NCBI GenBank assembly: GCA_963665125.2
Contig: CAXXUK010000001.1
Coordinates: 3,488,001-3,552,000 of the forward strand
Reading direction: 5' to 3'
Length of the DNA: 64,000 nucleotides
From: an uncultured Desulfarculus sp.
Lineage (GTDB): Bacteria; Desulfobacterota; Desulfarculia; Desulfarculales; Desulfarculaceae
The notes beneath the pieces are model-generated. The model worked only from the letters and a program-made list of their open reading frames with translations, made no database searches and was not told where the DNA came from. Shown piece after piece: positions 56,044 through 64,000 of this stretch. The translations under genes and the position numbers were made by a program. How positions within the stretch are numbered: the first letter of the stretch is position 1; each line of letters opens with the position of its first letter.

Positions 56044-56796
56044 CTAGCTCAAACGCCCCAATATTCTCTCTTTTAGCTGGTTTACGGCTAGTTCCAGAAG
56101 GGGTTTGAGGCTCAGGACGTCCCAGGCGTTGTATTGCTTGAGGGTCGCCAGGGCCGTTTCATCCCCGGCCTGATACGCCGCCCACAGACGCACGGCGTCC
56201 AGGCCCGACAGGCCGTCCACCTCGTCCGGCCGCTGGATGCCCAGGGTCTTTTCGATACGCTTGAGGCCGCCGCTGTAGCCCACCCTCTTGAGGACCCAGC
56301 GCAGATCGATGTGCACCGGCGGCACGTAAAGATTGCCAAAGACGCTTTTCAAGACCGGGATGTCAAAGGTGGAGCCGGCAAAGGTGCAGACTATGTCACA
56401 GCCGCGCATGGCCTGGTCCAGTTCGTGGAGGTTGTCTTCCGCCACATATTGCTGAACCGTTTCACCGTCATAGATGCCGACCATGGTTATGCCGCCCCAT
56501 TCGGCCGGATCGCCGCCGGTCTCGATGTCCAGGTAGGCCACGCGGTCATACTGGGGCCAGAAACGCCAGTGCTCGGCCGGGGGCAACATCCCGGCCAGTT
56601 CGTCCAGCCCCCCCGGAGCGGCAAGAGCCTCCAGAGAGCGCTTCACCATGGGCAGGCCCAGATTGTAGACTGCCCTGGGCAGCAGGGTCTTGCCCTTTTG
56701 GATGAAATCCTCCCACGATTCCACCCCTGCCCGCCAGATGGACAGTTCACGCTTTGCTCCCACTCCGGAGATGTGAATGAAACTACGCTTGAGCAT
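56044..56796 (-). CDS. RNase H-like (YprB-type) exonuclease-domain protein
   Basis: YLDIETG, TFAGSTFDIP, HIDLR, GGLKRIE, YNAWDV. Confidence 0.9.
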   Translation of the reverse strand: MLKRSFIHISGVGAKRELSIWRAGVESWEDFIQKGKTLLPRAVYNLGLPMVKRSLEALAAPGGLDELAGMLPPAEHWRFWPQYDRVAYLDIETGGDPAEWGGITMVGIYDGETVQQYVAEDNLHELDQAMRGCDIVCTFAGSTFDIPVLKSVFGNLYVPPVHIDLRWVLKRVGYSGGLKRIEKTLGIQRPDEVDGLSGLDAVRLWAAYQAGDETALATLKQYNAWDVLSLKPLLELAVNQLKERILGRLS

Positions 56797-56819
56797 TCAG
56801 TTTTTATTAATACCTGTTT

Positions 56820-57203
56820 CTACTTTTCGCCCTGCTGGGCCTTTTGTTCGCGCTTACGTTTGATGGTTTTATACAAGGAAAAGAAAAATCCAACAACGAC
56901 CAGGATCAGCAGCCCGCCCCTGATATTCAAAAAGAGGTCGCTCTTTTCCTGTCTTTCGGCGTTTTGTCTGGCGGCCTCGAGGATCATCTCCTGGCGCTGC
57001 CGCTCTGAATCCTGGCGGCGTTTATCAAGCCATCCGTCGGGATTTTCGTCCAACTCCTTGTTGATTTTTTCCATTTCATCCAAGGCGTGCTTTTGGTCGT
57101 GCGTCAACAGGGGGCGGTCAAGGCCTTGCTGGGCCCCTGCCGGAGCGGCGCAGATCAACGACATCAAAGCCACAATAACCACTTTTCCGATCAAACTCTT
57201 CAT
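56820..57203 (-). CDS. hypothetical exported protein with a C-terminal TM anchor
   Basis: Signal peptide, charged helical middle, TM followed by a basic tail. Confidence 0.7.
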   Translation of the reverse strand: MKSLIGKVVIVALMSLICAAPAGAQQGLDRPLLTHDQKHALDEMEKINKELDENPDGWLDKRRQDSERQRQEMILEAARQNAERQEKSDLFLNIRGGLLILVVVGFFFSLYKTIKRKREQKAQQGEK

Positions 57204-57353
57204 GATCCCACCTTGCATTGTTAAATCATTCACCATGCCCTTTGACTATATTACAAGTCATTGGGCATCGGCCTTAACTATTTTTAATTCCTAGGCTTTA
57301 CCCATACAATTCACTTGACGAAGTCCACTACCTAAACCTTACAGGAGAAAATA

Positions 57354-58631
57354 ATGGCAACGCAATATGATGATATGTGGTCCAAACTCGGTCTGGATCT
57401 GGCAGGTCACGACCAGCTTTTGCAGGTCCTGGGCCAGGGTTACCAGGACGTCTTTCTGAGCCAGGCAAACCGCCCTCAAAGCATGGACTACTTCAACTTT
57501 GTCATGAGCGAAGTTCACGGCCTGCGGGTCAAGGAACTCGTGGACGGCCAGGCCCAGGGCCACAAGGTCATCGGCAGCTTTTGCGTGTTTGTCCCCGAGG
57601 AGATCGTCCGGGCGGCCGATGCCACCCTGGTGGGCCTGTGCACGGGTGCTGATTTCGCCCCCGAAGAGGTGGACAAGATCCTGCCCCGCAACACCTGCGC
57701 CCTGATCAAGAGCGCCTTCGGTTTCAAGCTGGGCAAGGTCTGCCCCTTCCTTGAGGCTTCGGACATGATCGTGGGCGAAAACACCTGCGACGGTAAAAAG
57801 AAGTCCTACGAGACCATGAACAACATGGTGCCCAACCTCTATGTCATGGATATCCCGCAGGTTAAAAGCGACCAGGGCCGCCAGCTTCTCAAGGCCGAAT
57901 ACCTGCGCTTCATGAAGGCCGTTGAAGAACTCACCGGCAACAAGCTCGACGTCGACAGCCTGAAAAAAGGCATCAAGATCGTCAACGACAAGCGCAGCGG
58001 CCTGCACCGCATGTACAAACTGCGCAAGGCCAGCCCCGCTCCCATCTCCGGCCTGGACGCCCTGTTGATGAACCAGGTCCAGTTCTACGATGATCCCATC
58101 CGCTTTACCGAAAACGTCAACAGCGTCTGCGATGAGTTGGAAAAGCGCATTGCCGACGGCGTCGGCGCGGTGAAGGCCGATGCCCCCAGGGTTCTGCTGG
58201 CAGGCTGCCCCATGGCCGTGCCCAACTGGAAGGTTCCCCATATCATCGAACAGGCCGGAGCGGTTATCGTGGGTGAGGAATCCTGCGTGGGCGAGAGGGG
58301 AATGCGCAACCTGGTTGACGACAGCGCCGACAGCGTTGAAGGCCTGGTTGACGCCATTGTCGACCGTTATTTCAAAATCGACTGCGCCGTGTTCACCCCC
58401 AACCCGGACCGACTGGAGCACATCAAGCAGATGGCCGACGAATACAACGCCCAGGGTGTCATTCAGTACGGCTTACAGTTCTGCCAGCCCTATCAGATGG
58501 AAGCCATTGGGGTGGAACAGGATATCAAACAAACGGGAATGCCGGTCATGCGCCTGGAAACCGACTACAGCCCCGAGGACGCGGGCCAGCTCCAGACCAG
58601 GGTCGAGGCCTTCCTGGAAATGTTAAGCTGA
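57354..58631 (+). CDS. double-cubane-cluster reductase-like protein (2-hydroxyacyl-CoA dehydratase family)
   Basis: MDYFNFVMSEVHGLR, FCVFVPEE, LPRNTCALIKS, ENTCDGKKK, EESCVG, IDCAVFTPN, LQFCQPY, ETDYS, TRVEAF. Confidence 0.85.
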   Translation: MATQYDDMWSKLGLDLAGHDQLLQVLGQGYQDVFLSQANRPQSMDYFNFVMSEVHGLRVKELVDGQAQGHKVIGSFCVFVPEEIVRAADATLVGLCTGADFAPEEVDKILPRNTCALIKSAFGFKLGKVCPFLEASDMIVGENTCDGKKKSYETMNNMVPNLYVMDIPQVKSDQGRQLLKAEYLRFMKAVEELTGNKLDVDSLKKGIKIVNDKRSGLHRMYKLRKASPAPISGLDALLMNQVQFYDDPIRFTENVNSVCDELEKRIADGVGAVKADAPRVLLAGCPMAVPNWKVPHIIEQAGAVIVGEESCVGERGMRNLVDDSADSVEGLVDAIVDRYFKIDCAVFTPNPDRLEHIKQMADEYNAQGVIQYGLQFCQPYQMEAIGVEQDIKQTGMPVMRLETDYSPEDAGQLQTRVEAFLEMLS

Positions 58632-58656
58632 TATAACAGATGAACAGGCTTTACAC

Positions 58657-58803
58657 TTGACAATATACCCCTATACCCATAACGTAGTTGGAAATACACT
58701 TGAAATAGGGTAGTAATTATACCGACTGGCCGCCCAAACAGCTCTGGTTGGGGGGAATTGATAGGGGAGGAGCCCTAAGCGGGCCCTCCCCGTATTGTTT
58801 TCT
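58657..58803 (+). ncRNA. candidate sRNA unit: sigma-70 promoter plus terminator, no ORF
   Basis: TTGACA-17-TAACGT (58657-58685); GGGGAGG-A-GCCC-TAAGC-GGGC-CCTCCCC hairpin with a T-rich tail. Confidence 0.35.
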
Positions 58804-58840
58804 TATAACCGTAAACGTCGTTAACTAATAGTAACGCAGT

Positions 58841-60196
58841 TTATGCGATCTTGGGCAAAGCGCTCAGCGCCTCATCGACCATTTCCTTGGGATACTTGTA
58901 GTTGTGCAGCTGGCCGCCGAGATAAGCGTCGTAGGCGCTCATATCGAAGTGGCCATGGCCCGACAGGTTGAACAGGATGGTCTTTTCCTTGCCTTCTTCC
59001 TTGGCCTTGAGGGCTTCTTCCACCGCGCCGCGGATGGCGTGGGTGCTCTCCGGAGCAGGGATGATGCCTTCGGTGCGGGCGAACAGCACGCCGGACTCGA
59101 AGCACTCGAGCTGAGTGATGGCCCTTGCCCGGATATAGCCGTCTTCGACCATGCGGCTGACTGTGGGGGCCATGCCGTGATAGCGCAGGCCGCCGGCGTG
59201 GATGCCCGGAGGTATGAAGGCATGACCCAAAGTGTGCATCTGGACAATGGGGGCCATATGGGCCATATCGCCGTAGTCATAGGCGAAAACGCCCTTGGTT
59301 ACCGTGGGGCAGCTGGCCGGTTCGATGGCCAGAATGTCAACATCAAGGCCTTCCATCTTTTCGCGGACCCAGGGGAAGGCGATGCCCGCGAAGTTGGAGC
59401 CGCCGCCGATGCAGCCGATGACCACGTCGGGCTTTTCACCGATGGCGTTCATCTGGCGGATGGATTCCTCGCCGATTACGGTTTGGTGCATGCAGACATG
59501 GTTCAACACCGAACCCAGGGCGTAGTTGGTGTCGTCGCGGGTGGCCGCGTCTTCGACGGCCTCGCTGATGGCCAAGCCCAGGCTGCCCGGGCTGTCCGGG
59601 TCCTTGGCAAGCACGGCGCGGCCCGCCTGGGTGCGGTCGGTGGGGCTGGGGAAGACCTCGGCGCCCCAGGTCTGGATCATGGACTTGCGGTAAGGCTTCT
59701 GGTCAAAGCTGACCCGCACCATGTAAACGGTGCATTCCAAGCCAAAGTAGTTGCAGCACAGGCTCATGGCGCTGCCCCACTGGCCCGCGCCGGTCTCGGT
59801 GGAGATGCGCTTGATGCCGGCCTGCTTGTTGTAAAAGGCCTGGGCCACGGCGGTGTTGGGCTTGTGGCTGCCCGCCGGGCTGACCGATTCATTCTTGAAA
59901 TAGATCTTAGCCGGGGTGTCCAGGGCCTTTTCCAGTCGGCGGGCCCTCACCATGGGGGTGGGCCGCCACATGGCCAGAACCTGCAAGACGTCATCGGGGA
60001 TTTCCCACCAACGCTTGTCGCTCATTTCCTGCTCGATTAGGGCGCCGGGGAAAATCGCACCCATCTCTTCCGGGGTAACCGGCTGCATGGTCTGGGGGCT
60101 ATAGGGTGGAGCCAGGGGGTTGGGCATGTCCGCCTGGATGTTGTACCACTTCGTCGGCATGTCCTTTTCTGCCAGAAGGGACTTGACCTGTTGCAT
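58841..60196 (-). CDS. trpB2: TrpB2-type tryptophan synthase beta-like PLP enzyme
   Basis: [50 protein letters not shown]. Confidence 0.95.
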   Translation of the reverse strand: MQQVKSLLAEKDMPTKWYNIQADMPNPLAPPYSPQTMQPVTPEEMGAIFPGALIEQEMSDKRWWEIPDDVLQVLAMWRPTPMVRARRLEKALDTPAKIYFKNESVSPAGSHKPNTAVAQAFYNKQAGIKRISTETGAGQWGSAMSLCCNYFGLECTVYMVRVSFDQKPYRKSMIQTWGAEVFPSPTDRTQAGRAVLAKDPDSPGSLGLAISEAVEDAATRDDTNYALGSVLNHVCMHQTVIGEESIRQMNAIGEKPDVVIGCIGGGSNFAGIAFPWVREKMEGLDVDILAIEPASCPTVTKGVFAYDYGDMAHMAPIVQMHTLGHAFIPPGIHAGGLRYHGMAPTVSRMVEDGYIRARAITQLECFESGVLFARTEGIIPAPESTHAIRGAVEEALKAKEEGKEKTILFNLSGHGHFDMSAYDAYLGGQLHNYKYPKEMVDEALSALPKIA

Positions 60197-60264
60197 GGCT
60201 TACTTCCTTAAAATTAATGTTTCCATATAACTCAGCCGGCGGATCGCCGACCCTTGGGTTTACC

Positions 60265-60305
60265 AAAAAATAACCCGCCAGGCAAACGCTCGTTTGCCCA
60301 GGCGG
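60265..60305 (-). terminator. terminator-like hairpin inside the trpB2 leader
   Basis: Minus strand CCGCCTGGGCAAACG-AG-CGTTTGCCTGGCGG-GTTATTTTTT, between a TTGACA (60402-60407) and the start codon. Confidence 0.6.
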
Positions 60306-60896
60306 CCAATTCCGGCCCTGTTCACATTGGTGAACCATATTCACATTTTTAGAAGTAAAAGTCTATCAAATTGTATACCGTGTACCTCATGGCCGCGTCT
60401 ATGTCAAGACGCCCTTTGGGTCAAAAATTTTTGTTTTATCTGCCGGACCAATCCACATTTTTTCTTTTAGCAGCCATATAAAGCAACGATGAAGAACCAC
60501 CAAAAAGCAATAGCCTCATTATTTTCATTTCCATGTTTATTTAACTTAAAATAGGCACATTATGCGGTTTTTTTTCGCTTGGCCGCAAATAATGGACTAA
60601 AAAGCGGGATCGAGTACCGCCGGAAAATTTTCCCCAGGGCGTTTTTTTGCTCTTATTGCGGCAAAGTTTCAGGCACCTGTTTGAGAATCAATTCCAGTTT
60701 GATCAAAACTTGTTAGCCCCACATCATTTGGTATCAATGCTGAAAAGTATCATAATGGCGTCATGGCGGATTTTCACCGTTTTCGCCTGAAATTTCCGGT
60801 TGCCACGGCCTTGCCCGATGAACCGCCTTGGACTATCCTTGCCGCTTAAAAAGACATCAATAAGTTTTCCCGGAGCAGCGTGGGGGTATTTATTTT

Positions 60897-61640
60897 TTGC
60901 TGGATCTGCTCAAAAAAATAAACGTGATTTTGGTCCGGCCCAGGGTACCGGAAAACATCGGCGCGGCAGCCCGGGCGGTGGCCAACATGGGACTTGGCCA
61001 ACTCAGGCTGGTCGACCCGGTTGATCTGGTCTGGAAATCCATGCGGGCCCTGTCCACGGCCAAGGGCGAACCGGTCTTGGAGGCCATGAGCGTCCACGAA
61101 ACCCTGGAGCAGGCCCTGGCCGACTGCAACCATGCGGTGGCCACCACGGCCAGGCAGGGTGAAAAGCGCGGCCAGCTCGTCCCGCCGCGCCAGGCCGCCC
61201 CGGAGATGCTGTCCATGGCCGAAGTCGGTCCGGTGGGCCTGGTTTTCGGACCAGAAGACCGGGGCCTCACCGTGGCCCAGGTGGACCGCTGCCGCCTTTC
61301 GGTGTGCATCCCCACCAGCGATGCCTCGAGTTTGAACCTGGCCCAGTCCATAATCGTCTTGGCCTACGAGCTGCGCCTAGCCGCCCAGGACGGCGCGGGC
61401 CTGGGTGAACGCCAACCACCTCGCCCGGCGCAACTAGGCGAATTATATGACTTACTTGAGCACTTGAAAGAAGCTTTCGTAAATATAGGCCATGTTCCAG
61501 CCGACAACCCTGATCATTTCATGCGTACTCTGAAGGCTCCGCTGGAGCGTGCCGGAATCACCAGCAAGGAAATCAGGGCCTGGAGGGGCGTGGCCCGCCA
61601 GATCAACTGGCTGGCCCGTAACGTCAAGAAAGACCAATAG
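60897..61640 (+). CDS. trmJ: SPOUT RNA methyltransferase, TrmJ/LasT type
   Basis: ENIGAAARAVANMG, VATTAR, VFGPEDRGL, SLNLAQS, YEL. Confidence 0.9.
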   Translation: MLDLLKKINVILVRPRVPENIGAAARAVANMGLGQLRLVDPVDLVWKSMRALSTAKGEPVLEAMSVHETLEQALADCNHAVATTARQGEKRGQLVPPRQAAPEMLSMAEVGPVGLVFGPEDRGLTVAQVDRCRLSVCIPTSDASSLNLAQSIIVLAYELRLAAQDGAGLGERQPPRPAQLGELYDLLEHLKEAFVNIGHVPADNPDHFMRTLKAPLERAGITSKEIRAWRGVARQINWLARNVKKDQ

Positions 61641-61771
61641 GCCGCCGGTATTAGGGCCCATATCAAACGGCTGAACCTACCTGCTCCGGCGGCGCATCTA
61701 TTACTATATAGAAGCCCCACACCAATCCCATGAACCGAAAGGCCCAAGGCCGTACCGGGACAGCCTTGGGG

Positions 61772-62104
61772 CTAGTGCCGCACCGAATCGGAAAAAAGGC
61801 TCATGGTCACAACGCCCGCAACTATCAGCAATATTCCCACCACCGCCGCCAGGTCCAAGGACTGCTTGAATAACACCACCCCCACCAAGGCGATGAGCAC
61901 TATGCCCAAGCCTGACCACATGGCGTAGACCACGCCCACCGACATGTGTTGCAACACCAGGCTCAGCAGATAAAAGCTAGTCCCATAGCCTAAAATCATT
62001 ACGGCCACGGGCAGCGGCTTGGTCATACCCTGGGACATATTCATGGCGCTGGTGCCGATTACCTCCGAAACGATAGCCAATGCCAGATATAGATAATGCA
62101 TCAC
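61772..62104 (-). CDS. SMR (EmrE/QacE-like) efflux transporter
   Basis: TM1 Glu (SEVIGT), YAMWSGLG, 4 TM. Confidence 0.93.
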   Translation of the reverse strand: MMHYLYLALAIVSEVIGTSAMNMSQGMTKPLPVAVMILGYGTSFYLLSLVLQHMSVGVVYAMWSGLGIVLIALVGVVLFKQSLDLAAVVGILLIVAGVVTMSLFSDSVRH

Positions 62105-62232
62105 CGCTCCTTGCTCTTGATAACGCTTTGGCCGTCATCATAGCAGAGAGCTCATGCCATTCCGAACCCTCGCCGCCCTACGGCGGCCGGGCCGGAATGA
62201 TTTATTTTTCAGCAGAACGGCAGGGACAGGGG

Positions 62233-62562
62233 CTAACTGTGGGCGTCGTTTGAAAACAGGCTCATCATGACCACACCGGTCAGGATCAGAACCATGCCGA
62301 CGATTGCGTGCCAGTCCAGGCGCTGCCGGAAAAAAAGCACGCCGACCAGATCGACAAGCACGATGCCAAGGCCCGACCAAATGGCGTAGACCACGCCAAC
62401 CGGCAGGTACTGGAGAACCAGGCTGAATAAATAAAAACTGATTCCAAAGCCAAGAACCACCACAACCACGGGAATAGGCCTGGTCATACCTTGGGAAAGC
62501 TTCAAAGCACTGGTGCCGGCCACCTCAAAGGCCACGGCCACCACCAGGTATAAGTAATACAT
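62233..62562 (-). CDS. SMR (EmrE/QacE-like) efflux transporter
   Basis: TM1 Glu (FEVAGT), YAIWSGLG, 4 TM. Confidence 0.93.
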   Translation of the reverse strand: MYYLYLVVAVAFEVAGTSALKLSQGMTRPIPVVVVVLGFGISFYLFSLVLQYLPVGVVYAIWSGLGIVLVDLVGVLFFRQRLDWHAIVGMVLILTGVVMMSLFSNDAHS

Positions 62563-62859
62563 CCTTTCTCCTTATTGCATAATCAGGTTGAGAAGCCCCC
62601 ATGGGCCGGCGGGCGCCACCATAAGGTTCTACTCAACCCATAAAAACCAGGGCCAGGCCAATCCTTAATTTATTGCCTCCCCTGGCATCGAGCAACATGG
62701 TGGCCACTGTTGGCCGCCATCCATGTATCAAACATAGGCATCCAAAAAACAAATGCCAGGCCCAGGCCGCGAAAGCGTCCACAGGCCCGCTAAATTTAAT
62801 AATTATTTCATGCTGTTACCAAAGATTTAAATAGTTGAAACTTTTTTTGTAAATATATA

Positions 62860-62888
62860 TTGACAAAGTGGTGGGGAATATCTTAACT
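62860..62888 (+). promoter_or_regulatory. sigma-70 promoter with AT-rich upstream element
   Basis: TTGACA-17-TTAACT preceded by an A/T tract. Confidence 0.6.
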
Positions 62889-63579
62889 TGGGGGATGTAC
62901 GATGTGGCGAAGGGCAATAGTTGCCCTCACGGAATGAATACAAATTGGCACCCGCTGTGATGAACTATACCAGAAGCACATACGCTCGGCCAACCGATAA
63001 AACATCGTGGCTGGGCGGCCTCTGCCGGAAAGGGCGCGATGAAATTCGCAGGCCCTTCTCCCAGGCGCAGGCGGGCTTGGCTTACGCACGATGTCTGTGC
63101 GTCACCCCAGGCCACGGCCCGCTACGCCGGCACGGCGGCTCTGCCAGCTTCCGCAAGGACGGCCCTCCGGGCTCTAAACCGCGGGAGTTCACACCACCAC
63201 AGGCCGGCATCATGCTAACAGCAATGCCAAAGCCGGCTTGGCGTTCGAGGGTACCGCGAAATATTAGCCTGAGCTTGCACAGCGCATAAGCGCGACTTAG
63301 CTTAAAGCCAGGCAGCCTCAAATGCCAAGGCCCGCTTTACGGGTTAGGGTTGGCAATTACGTTGTTTGCCGCTTTTTGCAAGCCGCTGGTCATAAAATTG
63401 AATATGAGTCGTCTTCTTAGTAATGAAGACCAAAAAAACTACAGCATGATTTGATGTCACGCGGGGCCTAAATCAAGGGCCGAGTTAAGTGCCAAAAATA
63501 TAAGCACCCCGCAGTGACCGGAACCCTGAAGAAGCCCGGACCGCAATAAGGCCGGGACGTTCGGGAAAGGGAAATGGCA

Positions 63580-64000
63580 ATGGCTGCCAGCACAAAAGAA
63601 AGATACGCGGATCCGGGTCTCGATACGCCGGTGACCTATTTCAAGGAAGTGGAAGGCCGTGAGTTGCTCACCCCCGAGCGCGAGCTCGAGTTGGGCAAGA
63701 CCATCTTTGACGGCCGCAACGAAATCCTGAACAAGAGCCTGGAGATCATCGGGCGCTTCCAGGAGGCCGAGGATACCTGCAGGCGCATCACCGACTGGCT
63801 GGCCGACTCGCACAAGAGCCCGCTTTCGGTGGAAGACGTCATGGCCGAGGCCAAGGAGCAGGTGAGCCGCTGCTGCCGCCGCATGGGCGAGAAAAAGGTC
63901 GACGTAAAAGACCTGATCAGCGATATTCGCCGGGCCAGCCGCGAGGTAGAGGCCGCCGTCAGCGAGATGGTCGAGGCCAACCTGCGCCTTGCCGTGAGCA
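63580..64000 (+). CDS. sigma-70 family sigma factor lacking region 1.1 (group 2-like), truncated by window end
   Basis: MAASTKERYADPGLDTPVTYFKEVEGRELLTPERELELG (region 1.2)...EMVEANLRLAVS (region 2.1); open to the window end, so absent from the track. Confidence 0.9.
   Translation, partial: MAASTKERYADPGLDTPVTYFKEVEGRELLTPERELELGKTIFDGRNEILNKSLEIIGRFQEAEDTCRRITDWLADSHKSPLSVEDVMAEAKEQVSRCCRRMGEKKVDVKDLISDIRRASREVEAAVSEMVEANLRLAVS

Noticed and set aside
60420..60560. Trp-Trp leader peptide for trpB2
   Set aside because: The minus-strand TGGTGG lies in a frame with no start codon and is upstream of the candidate promoter.
62563..62820. Guanidine riboswitch upstream of the SMR genes
   Set aside because: No paired ACGR-loop hairpins or other ykkC-type motifs seen, and the proteins look Qac/EmrE-like rather than Gdx-like.
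62921..63289. 122-aa ORF upstream of the sigma factor
   Set aside because: No RBS, no motifs and composition typical of non-coding GC-rich DNA; treated as leader sequence.
1..64000. tRNA, rRNA, tmRNA, RNase P, prophage or integrase
   Set aside because: No diagnostic motifs recognised by eye; a covariance-model scan would be needed to exclude them fully.

Overview
64 kb of GC-rich bacterial chromosome. Gene content (tupBC/moeA, cooC, DUF3786, DUF3795, acyl-CoA ligases, a double-cubane-type reductase, TrpB2, several PAS/HD-GYP/GGDEF proteins) suggests an anaerobic Desulfobacterota member; this is inference. About 60 CDS are supportable, running from a truncated lysA-like gene to a truncated group-2-like sigma-70 gene. 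No rRNA, tRNA, CRISPR array, prophage or intact transposase was seen. The best candidates for undescribed biology are: (1) a two-gene unit behind a consensus sigma-54 promoter, pairing a ParA ATPase with a long C-terminal tail and an IS21 IstB-type AAA+ ATPase that has no IstA partner, with palindromes on both sides; (2) a ~550-640 bp modular, hairpin-rich non-coding element present three times; (3) a TetR-controlled operon (three operator copies visible) of two acyl-CoA ligases, an amidohydrolase, DUF2889, a DUF2889-PHP fusion and a DUF169-CoaE fusion. Smaller items include a secreted repeat protein broken at a T7 tract, a 14-Cys secreted CX3C protein, a 44-aa ORF below the track cutoff, a chemoreceptor with two extracytoplasmic CZB domains, an attenuator-like trpB2 leader and an sRNA candidate. 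All family calls come from motif recognition by eye; no searches were run.
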